Shown one piece after another: positions 1 through 7,696 of a stretch of DNA of 64,000 bases; positions within the stretch are counted from its first letter, which is position 1; the number at the start of each line of letters is the position of its first letter. Below the pieces are notes generated by a model, which had not been told where the DNA came from, ran no database searches, and saw nothing but the letters and a program-made list of their open reading frames with translations. The stretch covers positions 4,672,001 to 4,736,000 of the forward strand of contig CBDCJH010000002.1 of assembly GCA_965217775.1 (NCBI GenBank). Reading direction: 5' to 3'. The stretch comes from Acidobacteriota bacterium. GTDB lineage: Bacteria > Acidobacteriota > UBA6911 > RPQK01 > JAJDTT01. The position numbers and the translations under genes are program-made.

Positions 1-1009
1 TGCTCAGCAGGGCCACGGCCATCACGGCCACCAGTCCCGCCAGCAGAGCCGTCGGCGCCAGGCTGGACCGTTCCAGCACCAGCCGCTTCTCCTCCGGAAT
101 CAGGTTGTACTTGGCGGGTCCCGACCGGGTCAGACCTGAAATGGCCAACCCGGCGGCCGGCAGGAACGGCTCCACCGCCTCTGCCCGGAGGTTCCGAGGG
201 GCCAGTTGAAGCTGCGTGCGGAGCAGTTCGCAATCCTCGAAGCGGGCCCGGAACTCGCCCAGGAGGGAGCCGGCCAGAGCGCCGCTCAGGTAGATCTTGC
301 GAAGCTCGGCCCCCACCGGGCCGACCTGGGAGAGAAAGGCGTCCACATGGTGCAGGATCGACGCCAGCGTCAGCGCCTCGTCTTCCCGCAGCCCCACCTT
401 CTGGGAGAAGTACTTGCTGGAGCCGGAGATCAGCACCATCTCGATGGCACCGGGGTCCAGAGCCAGGGCCAGACAAGGCTGCTCCGCGGGTAGTCCGTCG
501 GCGTGAGCCAGCAGAACCTGGTGATAGGCGATGCTCGAGAGGCGGATGGCCACCGGATACAGGTCGGCGGGTTCGAGGATCTCCAGGTACCGGTCCAGCG
601 TGGCGCGGGGCAGCATGGTGATCTGGATCAGCAGCTTGCCATTGGCTTCGTCCTTTTCCAGGACCTGATATTCGAAGTAGGACCCGTTCTCCTCGGTGGG
701 TTCCAGGCGCTCCACCTGGAACTGGACCATCTGATCCAGGTTCTCTTCCACCTCCAGTGGTAGCTCCAGCCACCGGACCACCGCTTCGTCGCGGGGAATT
801 CCCAGGATGATCCGGTCCTTGAGGGCCCCGTAGGACCGGACCGACTGGCGGATACGGTCCCGGAGCCGCGCCGGCGGCAGGTTCCGGAAATCTTCGATGA
901 CGGCGTGATCCTGGAGCTCGAACTGGCGGAAACCCTTGCGGACAACGGCCAGGATCAAGTCCGGGCCGTGGACTTCAACGCCGAGTGCGGTTCCTAAGCT
1001 GAGTCGCAT
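1..1009 (-). CDS. GspL/PilM-PilN-like type II secretion assembly protein (runs off window start)
   Basis: Read manually from ATG at 1009: MRLSLGTALGVEVHGPDLILAVVRKG...VVRWLELPLEVEENLDQMVQFQ (GspL/PilM-type actin-like N-terminus), hydrophobic TM segment near window edge; follows gspK. Confidence 0.7.
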   Translation of the reverse strand, partial: MRLSLGTALGVEVHGPDLILAVVRKGFRQFELQDHAVIEDFRNLPPARLRDRIRQSVRSYGALKDRIILGIPRDEAVVRWLELPLEVEENLDQMVQFQVERLEPTEENGSYFEYQVLEKDEANGKLLIQITMLPRATLDRYLEILEPADLYPVAIRLSSIAYHQVLLAHADGLPAEQPCLALALDPGAIEMVLISGSSKYFSQKVGLREDEALTLASILHHVDAFLSQVGPVGAELRKIYLSGALAGSLLGEFRARFEDCELLRTQLQLAPRNLRAEAVEPFLPAAGLAISGLTRSGPAKYNLIPEEKRLVLERSSLAPTALLAGLVAVMAVALLS

Positions 1010-1133
1010 GGTTGAAAGTCACCTCGTGGGAGGGGGGGACAGGAGGGGGCATTCTTGTGCCCCGTTCTTGTGGCCCGTTCCCAATTCGTACACTTCGCGG
1101 TGTGGATGTTGGTGGTTGGGGTATTGTTGCATT

Positions 1134-1162
1134 GGAGTTCGGCGGTTGGAAACCGCCGCTCC
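1134..1162 (-). repeat. REP-like hairpin GGAGCGGCGGTTTCCAACCGCCGAACTCC
   Basis: 29 bp identical to 11675-11703 and 32313-32341; starts immediately after gspK TAG. Confidence 0.85.
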
Positions 1163-2167
1163 CTATAGTTCCGTGTTCGCTTCATTCCAGTACAGGACAG
1201 CATACTGCTTGATTCCGACTCCGATCCGGATCACGGCGTTGATGCGGCCGATCACCTCCGATCCGGACAGCCGTCCGGTGCTGATCAGGTTGTAGACGTT
1301 GGATCGCAGGGTCGAAAGATAGGAGGCCGTGTCCGTGGGCAGGCCGGGGATCTGGGTCAATGCGGTGTTCACGTCGCCCAGGGGGAACTGGCGGCGCATT
1401 TCGTCGATGACCAGCGCCGTCTCGTAGGTCAGCCCCGGGATGGCGGCCAGGACCGGGACCGGCGCCGAGTTGACGTTGATCCGGTTCACGCTGCTGAAGA
1501 CGGTGAGGTACTTTCCCAGCCCGAAGTACTCGACCCGTTCGCCGTCGGGCGTGAGGCCCTTTTGGCCGTAGTAGATCTCGGGCGTCACCCCCCGCACCAG
1601 AAGCAGCTCTTCGGGGACGTCGAAGGGGCCGTTCTTGGCGAAGTAGGGCTGCGGGAGGGAGAGATAGTAGTCGCTCTCGGCCCCGTTGGGCCGGAAGAAT
1701 TCGTCGGGGTCCCTCCAGTCCTCGATGGAATCGGTGAGCATGTCGGCGTCGCCGGGCTCCATTCCCACCGTGATCAGAAGATTGTAGATCAGGTGCGAAG
1801 GGGCCGTGTTCAGGTTGATCTTCCCGGTCTCGTCCACCACCTCCACGTCGGCGAAATCGGCTCCCAACTGCAAGGTGACGGCTCCGGTCATGACTTCGGG
1901 GACCGAACCCGGACCCATTTCCATGCGCTGTTGGCTCTTGGCGAAGGCCATCTGGGATTCGATGATCCGATAGACGGCGTAGTCGATTCCGGCCCGGGCC
2001 AGGTAGTGCGCCCGCTTCTGGTCCACCAGGTTGCGGGTGGCGTCGATTTCGGTGCGGATGGCCGCGCCGAAGCTCAGCGCCAAGAGTCCCAGGGCCAGCA
2101 TCACCCAGAGGACGATGATGAGGACCGCGCCCCGGTCGCCGTCACCAGTGCTCGATCGGTTCCTCAT
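1163..2167 (-). CDS. gspK: Type II secretion minor pseudopilin GspK
   Basis: RG-AVLIIVLWV prepilin-like N-terminus, DETGKINLNTA, DWRDPD, ELLLVRG, RINVNSAP motifs. Confidence 0.92.
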   Translation of the reverse strand: MRNRSSTGDGDRGAVLIIVLWVMLALGLLALSFGAAIRTEIDATRNLVDQKRAHYLARAGIDYAVYRIIESQMAFAKSQQRMEMGPGSVPEVMTGAVTLQLGADFADVEVVDETGKINLNTAPSHLIYNLLITVGMEPGDADMLTDSIEDWRDPDEFFRPNGAESDYYLSLPQPYFAKNGPFDVPEELLLVRGVTPEIYYGQKGLTPDGERVEYFGLGKYLTVFSSVNRINVNSAPVPVLAAIPGLTYETALVIDEMRRQFPLGDVNTALTQIPGLPTDTASYLSTLRSNVYNLISTGRLSGSEVIGRINAVIRIGVGIKQYAVLYWNEANTEL

Positions 2168-2892
2168 TTGCGATCCCCCGCGGTTCCATATACCCGGCTC
2201 GACCTTCCCCGCCGTCCGATGAAGCTGGCGTTGACGGAGGCGAAGACCTCCCCTCTGTTATGAACGATGCGGATGGCCCGAGGCACGGACTGCATTTCCT
2301 CTCCCAGCCATTCCGGGAACCAGGCGAACACCTTCTGACGGGGGTCGTACCCGTAGTACTGGAACTCCAGCGCGGTGATGTCCCGGATCAGGGGCAGCGG
2401 CTTTCCGTCCGGGATCCGGACCATGGTATTGAAGCTGTCCAGGCCCACGAACTGGGCCTCCATGGAGCCCATGTAGGGATCTCCGTACTCGTCCTCGGCC
2501 AGACCATAGCGGACCACGGTCAATCCGGGCGTCCGATGCATGACCAACGGCGCCACGGTGATAAAGGTGACCGAATCGGGGGTGCCGAAGAAGAGGGGCG
2601 TCTGAAAGCGGGTGGGAGGCTCCACCGGGCCCAACCCGGTCCGGTCCGGCGGGGCCACCGGGCGCAGGGGGTAGAGGGACGCGACCTGGCGCTTGACCTG
2701 ATCTCCGAGGATTCTCTCGGCCGCCTCCTCCTCCAGCCGGGTCTGGCTCTTCTGGTAGCTGTTGAGGGCCAGGCGAAAGGAGGAGAAGACGATGCCGGCC
2801 ACCAGTCCCAGGATGGTGAAGGCGACGACCAGTTCAATCAGGGTGAAGCCGGAGTCGGGCCTCACTTTGTTCGACGAAATTCCAAATTCCAA
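2164..2892 (-). CDS. gspJ: Minor pseudopilin GspJ-like (start may be GTG ~2865)
   Basis: G|FTLIELVVA N-methylation motif, C-terminal PRAIRI, position in cluster. Confidence 0.8.
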   Translation of the reverse strand: MEFGISSNKVRPDSGFTLIELVVAFTILGLVAGIVFSSFRLALNSYQKSQTRLEEEAAERILGDQVKRQVASLYPLRPVAPPDRTGLGPVEPPTRFQTPLFFGTPDSVTFITVAPLVMHRTPGLTVVRYGLAEDEYGDPYMGSMEAQFVGLDSFNTMVRIPDGKPLPLIRDITALEFQYYGYDPRQKVFAWFPEWLGEEMQSVPRAIRIVHNRGEVFASVNASFIGRRGRSSRVYGTAGDRK

Positions 2893-2924
2893 AACTCAAT
2901 TCCCAAACGCATTCCAGATTCCAA
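2877..2924 (+). repeat. Degenerate heptamer (AAATTCC-like) tandem tract
   Basis: AAATTCC AAATTCC ... CAATTCC ... CATTCCAGATTCC; AT-rich relative to flanks; similar tract at ~10033-10051. Confidence 0.55.
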
Positions 2925-2935
2925 CTGCGAGATTT

Positions 2936-3457
2936 CTATCTCCCGCCTCCGCGCAGGATCCTTTCCATCTCGCTCTGACGCCCTCCCCGGTTCGCCGGGG
3001 CGGCGTGGGGATCGGCGACCAGCTTGAGGCACCGGGTGGTGTAGAACTTGCCGTGGGGATCGTTCTTGTAGCGCACCCGGACCTCCAGCAGAAGCAGGTT
3101 CACCGGCGGGACGGCGATCTCCAGGGAGAGGCCCTGCCGGGGCGGTTCCCAGAAATCCACCGTGGCCGCGTAGTCGAACTCGTCGTCCAGATTCCCGTCC
3201 AATTGGATTGGGCCCACCAAGTCCTCGTCGCTGAGAAGCCGGTTCATGACATTCTCGGCATGTCCCATGGCGCGATGGGCCAGGTCGATCCGCCTGACGT
3301 TCTTCAGGCCTCCCGAGAAGGTCTGCATGGTGACGGCGACGCCCAAGCCCAGGATGGAGACCGCGACCAGGACCTCGAGGAGGGTGAAGCCCGCATGGGA
3401 GCGGCGGCGTGGAGCGGCGGCTTTCTTGCCGCCGAACGCGGAGCGTCCTTCCTTCAC
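2936..3457 (-). CDS. gspI: Minor pseudopilin GspI-like
   Basis: G|FTLLEVLVAV motif; GTG start at 3457 overlapping gspH TGA (GTGA). Confidence 0.8.
   Translation of the reverse strand: MKEGRSAFGGKKAAAPRRRSHAGFTLLEVLVAVSILGLGVAVTMQTFSGGLKNVRRIDLAHRAMGHAENVMNRLLSDEDLVGPIQLDGNLDDEFDYAATVDFWEPPRQGLSLEIAVPPVNLLLLEVRVRYKNDPHGKFYTTRCLKLVADPHAAPANRGGRQSEMERILRGGGR
3411..3433 (+). repeat. REP-like hairpin GGAGCGGCGGCTTTCTTGCCGCC inside gspI leader
   Basis: Identical to the reconstituted target of intron copy 1. Confidence 0.85.
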
Positions 3458-3963
3458 TTCGGTCTCCCTTGGGATTCGAGGATGGGCGACACCTTGGCCA
3501 GGCCGGTGACGGCGTCGGCCTTGACGTAGAGGCGTTTCTCCTGGCGGTTGACCAGTCCGATGGCGCCGCCGGAGCTGCGGCCATTGGAGTAGAAGTTGAC
3601 CCTCCACGGAAGCGGTGTGTCGTCGATGGTCTGGGGCACGATTCCGTCCGGCAGGTCCACGCTGCCGATCTCCTCTCCGAACTCGTTGGCCAGGACGTAG
3701 TAGCCCGCCCCCGTGTCGTCGCGGGTCACGATGATGCGGCGGACGGTGTGGCGTCCGATGGCTTCGAAACGGGCCCGCTTCATGCGCGTCGCCAGATCCC
3801 GGCAGGCGGCCTCGAGCTCCAGGCCCTGGAGGCCGGAGGTGAAGGAGGGCAGGATCAGCATGGTGGCCAGGCCCATGATGATCAGGAGGACCATGAGCTC
3901 GACCAGGGTGAAGCCGGTTTGGTTGTTCGATTTGACTCGCGTCATGTCAGGTTTCACGAGCAT
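3454..3963 (-). CDS. gspH: Minor pseudopilin GspH/FimT-like
   Basis: G|FTLVELMV motif; FYSNGRSSGG and DAVTG C-terminal motifs; start could be 3945. Confidence 0.85.
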   Translation of the reverse strand: MLVKPDMTRVKSNNQTGFTLVELMVLLIIMGLATMLILPSFTSGLQGLELEAACRDLATRMKRARFEAIGRHTVRRIIVTRDDTGAGYYVLANEFGEEIGSVDLPDGIVPQTIDDTPLPWRVNFYSNGRSSGGAIGLVNRQEKRLYVKADAVTGLAKVSPILESQGRPK

Positions 3964-3989
3964 GGTGGCGGGGAGGTCGGCGGCAAGAA

Positions 3990-5906
3990 GTCACGGTAGG
4001 AACGGCAGTTTCCTGCCGCCCCCCGCACAGATCCGGACGTGCCCGTTAAGGCATCCGGCTCCTACCTTGGGTGTGGACGGCCAGCGGAACCGCTGCCCCG
4101 GCCACGGGTGACGGATCTTCACGGATGGCCAGAGCAATTCCGTCATCCGTCGCAACCGTCCCCAGCTGAAGCGGTCGCGTTGGGACCGGCGGCGCAAGGC
4201 TCGCAGCCACCGCCGTTGCAGCAGATAGCAGAAACCTCGCAGCCAGCGCGTACTCCCCGGAACCGCAAAATAGTTCAGCCAGCCGTTCAGGACCCGGCTC
4301 AACCATTTCCCGACCTCCCAGTGATCCGCGTGCCGTTGTCTCCACAGCCTCTCCCCCAACCGTTGCAGGGTCCGGTTCATCCGTTTCGCGCTTGGCTTCC
4401 GCCCCAGCCGGAAGCGTCCCTTCCGGGTCTTCGCACAGTAGTGCGTGAACCCCAGAAAGTCGAACGTCTCCGGTTTCCGCTCCCCGCGTCGTCGCCGATC
4501 CGCTGCCGCAAATCGTCCGAACTCCACCAGTCGCGTCTTTTCCGGGTGCAGTTCCAGCCCGAACTCGGCGCACCGTTCCCCCAGGTCTCGGAGAAACCGT
4601 TTCGCGTCCGCCCGTCTCTGGAATCCGGCCACGAAGTCGTCCGCATATCGCACCAGGATCGCTTCGCCTTTCGGGACTCGTGGGCGCCACGTCCGATGGA
4701 ACCATTGGTCCAGCACGTAGTGCAGGTACACGTTGGCCATGACCGGCGAGACGTTGGCGCCCTGAGGCGTCCCTCTCCCCGTGTCCGACCAGGTCCCTTC
4801 TTCCATCACGCCGGCGTTCAGCCACTTGCGCAGCAGCCGCAGCACCCGCCGGTCTCCGATCCGCCGTTCCACGAACTGCATCAGGCAGTCCCGGTCGATC
4901 GCATCAAAGAACGTCCGAATGTCCGCGTCCACGATCCAGTTGACTTTCCGCCGTTCGATCCCGTAGGCCAGTGCATCCAGCGCGTCATGCGCCTTCCGTC
5001 CGGGCCGGAACCCGTAGCTGAGCCCGAGAAACTCCGCCTCGTAAATCGGCGTCAGGAGCTCGTCCACGACTGCCTTCTGGAGGATCTTGTCCTCCAGCGC
5101 GGCCACGCCGAGCGGTCGTGTCCTTCCATCCGGCTTGGGGATGTTCACCCGCCGGACGGGAGGCGCTCGGTACGCGCCCCGGTGCACGCGGCGATGCAGG
5201 TCCAGCAGTCGCTCTTCCAGCTTCGCCCCGTACTCCTCCCACCGGACCCCGTCGATTCCCGGCGCAGCATCCTTCCTCAGTCCGAGGTAGGCGCGGCGCA
5301 GGGCCTCCACAGTGATATGGTGCAGCAGCGCGGTCAGTCGCTCCTTGGGGTTTCTCGCGATCGCTCGCCGTATCCGGTCCACCGCTTGGGACACGCTCCC
5401 CCGACTCTGCGTCCGGCGCGTGCTTTGGCTCACCGAATTCCCCTTGGTTCCATCCCTTCGCTCCACCGGCTCCGCCGAGGGTCGCCCCTCTTTGTTCGCC
5501 CGCTTCATCGCTACTATGGATGAATCCGATTGCTTCGTTCCGTCCATCATGAGTTTCGGGTTACTCCTTTCTCATGCGACCCCGGGGCGACCCCCCGGCG
5601 TGAAATGAAGCCCTCCCAGGTCCCGGAACAAGATTTGCGTACGTGCCTGGGTTCTTTGACACCGCGGAGCCCGGCCGTCCCTCACCTGGGCGGTCCAGCC
5701 GGTGTTGCCTTCGACCGCGACTACAGTCTCGGCACTTCCGATCATGGAGCTTTCGATGCTCAATAGCCTGCCCATACGCACCGCTACCGACGCTTCGCCG
5801 ACACCCTCACGGGTGCCAACGCACGGCTCGCGGAGAAACGTGGATGGTTAGTCCTTCGTTTCGGCGGACTTCCACCGCCTATCTTGTGCCAGTTAGCCTG
5901 GCGCAC
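3990..5906 (-). mobile_element. Group II intron copy 1 (1917 bp, IIB-like, probably bacterial class E)
   Basis: 5' GTGCG at 5906, 3' ...CCTACCGTGAC at 3990; domain V AGGAGCCGGATGCC-TTAAC-GGGCACGTCCGGATCT (4063-4029); identity with copy 2 ends at these boundaries. Confidence 0.95.
3991..5550 (-). CDS. ltrA: Group II intron reverse transcriptase/maturase (no endonuclease domain)
   Basis: APGIDG, IPKPDGRTRPLG, SYGFRPGR, GTPQG, RYADDF, FDFLGF, maturase GWLNYF. Confidence 0.97.
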   Translation of the reverse strand: MMDGTKQSDSSIVAMKRANKEGRPSAEPVERRDGTKGNSVSQSTRRTQSRGSVSQAVDRIRRAIARNPKERLTALLHHITVEALRRAYLGLRKDAAPGIDGVRWEEYGAKLEERLLDLHRRVHRGAYRAPPVRRVNIPKPDGRTRPLGVAALEDKILQKAVVDELLTPIYEAEFLGLSYGFRPGRKAHDALDALAYGIERRKVNWIVDADIRTFFDAIDRDCLMQFVERRIGDRRVLRLLRKWLNAGVMEEGTWSDTGRGTPQGANVSPVMANVYLHYVLDQWFHRTWRPRVPKGEAILVRYADDFVAGFQRRADAKRFLRDLGERCAEFGLELHPEKTRLVEFGRFAAADRRRRGERKPETFDFLGFTHYCAKTRKGRFRLGRKPSAKRMNRTLQRLGERLWRQRHADHWEVGKWLSRVLNGWLNYFAVPGSTRWLRGFCYLLQRRWLRALRRRSQRDRFSWGRLRRMTELLWPSVKIRHPWPGQRFRWPSTPKVGAGCLNGHVRICAGGGRKLPFLP

Positions 5907-5920
5907 AGCCGCCGCTCCCC

Positions 5921-6376
5921 CTACCAGGAGGCCACGTCGGCGCTGTCGGATTCGCCTCCTTCCACGCCGTCGGCGCCCCAGCTCCAGAGGTCGTAGTCGC
6001 CGTACTGTCCCGGGGCGCGGTACTGGTACTCACGGCCCCAGGGGTCGTTGGGCAGGGTCCGCTTGTCCAGGTAGGGACCGCTCCAGTTGTGGAGCCCGGC
6101 GTTTTCCAACAAGCTGGTGAGCCCCTCCGCCGTGTTGGGGTAGCGGCCCACGTCGAAACGAAAAAGACCCAGGGCTCCTTCGAACTGGTCGATCTGGAGC
6201 TTGGCGATCTCGCTCTTTCCCCGGCCCAGGCGTTCCATCACCTTGGGACCCACCACCGTGGCCAGAAGTCCCAGGATCACCAGCACCACGATGAGCTCGA
6301 TCAGGGAAAACCCTCGATCGCGTTTCCTTTCCTCCGTTTCCACGGCCTTGGCGGCCTTGTCGACTGTCCTGCTCAC
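5921..6376 (-). CDS. gspG: Major pseudopilin GspG
   Basis: G|FSLIELIVV, GRYPNTAEGL, DPWGREYQY, GADGVEGG. Confidence 0.95.
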   Translation of the reverse strand: MSRTVDKAAKAVETEERKRDRGFSLIELIVVLVILGLLATVVGPKVMERLGRGKSEIAKLQIDQFEGALGLFRFDVGRYPNTAEGLTSLLENAGLHNWSGPYLDKRTLPNDPWGREYQYRAPGQYGDYDLWSWGADGVEGGESDSADVASW

Positions 6377-6399
6377 GTCTACCTCCCTTTGATAAGTGC

Positions 6400-7629
6400 C
6401 TACAACGGCACATCGTTGATGCTGAATATGGAATAGAGCATGGAGACCACCATGGTGCCGATGATCAAGCCCATGACCAGGATGAGCAAGGGCTCGAACA
6501 GGGCCACGAACCGCTTGAGCGCCGTCCTCAGGTCGCGGTCGTAGGCGTCGGCGACCTGGAGCAGCATGTCGTCCAGGCGTCCCGTCTCCTCGCCGACCGC
6601 CAGCAGGTGCAGGGCGAAGGGGGGAAAGATATCGGCGTCGCGGATGGGCTTGGACAGCCCGTCTCCCTTCTTGACGCCCGACTTGATGGACTCCATGGTG
6701 GAGGCGATGGCCTGGTTCCCAACCACCTCCTTGACGATGTTCAGGGCCTGAATCAGGGGCACCGTGCTGCGCAGCAGGGTGCCCAGGGTCCGGCTGAAAC
6801 GGGCGACCTCCAGCTTTTGGAAGATGGATCCCAGGAGGGGGAGCTTCAGCATCCGCGAATCCCAGTTGAGCCTTCCCTTCTCAGTCCGGAGGTAGCGCTT
6901 GAAGAACTGCACGATCGCGATCCCCAGCAGCAGGATCAGCCACCAATATCCGGTCAGGACATCCCCGGCGGCCAACATGATCTTCATGGGCAGGGGAATG
7001 GGGGCTCCGGCGTTCTCGAAAATGTCCGCGAACTTGGGGATGATGAAGCCGACCATGACGATGATGGAGGCTCCTCCCACCAGCGCCAGGACCAGAGGGT
7101 AGATGAGGGACGAGACGAAGTAGTTGCGCAGTTCTTCGGAGCGCTCCAGGTACTCCTGCAGGCGCTCCAGGATCTTGTCCAGGGCGCCGCCGATCTCACC
7201 CGCCCGAACCATGTTCACGTAGATCTTGGGGAAGATGTGGGGGTGCATGGCCATGCCTTCGGAAAGGGACTTGCCCCCTTTGATCTCCCGCAGCAGTTCC
7301 TTGACCACGTCGCGCAGATGGCGGTTCTCGGTCAACTCGCCCAGCACGCTCAGGCTCCGGTCCAGGGGCAGACCCGCCTTCACCAGAGTGGAGAGCTCCT
7401 GGGTGAAGACCAGGAGGTCGGCCCGGGCGACTCGATTGCGGCGCCAGGGGAGCTTGATCTCGCGGCTCAGCAGGCCGCCGGACTCGGTGGTGCCGGCGGA
7501 CGAGATGGTCACCGGGAACTGGCCCTGATCCCGGAGGCGCGAGGTGACGCCGCGGACGTTCGCCGCCTCCAACGTGCCCTCGACTACTCGTCCGTCGGCC
7601 GTGACCGCCTTGTACTGGAAGAAAGCCAT
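6400..7629 (-). CDS. gspF: Type II secretion inner-membrane platform GspF
   Basis: FTQELSTLVKAGLPL, GEIGGALD, GEETGRLD, EPLLIL. Confidence 0.95.
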   Translation of the reverse strand: MAFFQYKAVTADGRVVEGTLEAANVRGVTSRLRDQGQFPVTISSAGTTESGGLLSREIKLPWRRNRVARADLLVFTQELSTLVKAGLPLDRSLSVLGELTENRHLRDVVKELLREIKGGKSLSEGMAMHPHIFPKIYVNMVRAGEIGGALDKILERLQEYLERSEELRNYFVSSLIYPLVLALVGGASIIVMVGFIIPKFADIFENAGAPIPLPMKIMLAAGDVLTGYWWLILLLGIAIVQFFKRYLRTEKGRLNWDSRMLKLPLLGSIFQKLEVARFSRTLGTLLRSTVPLIQALNIVKEVVGNQAIASTMESIKSGVKKGDGLSKPIRDADIFPPFALHLLAVGEETGRLDDMLLQVADAYDRDLRTALKRFVALFEPLLILVMGLIIGTMVVSMLYSIFSINDVPL

Positions 7630-7696
7630 TGGAAGTCCTTCGGACTAAATTCCCGATCCTGCCGGGGATCGAAGAGGGCGCCCACGAAGGGCGCGC

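Noticed and set aside
3991-5550. Retron, DGR or CRISPR-associated reverse transcriptase
   Set aside because: Has a maturase domain, GUGCG/AC termini and domains V/VI of a group II intron; no TR/VR pair or msr-msd seen
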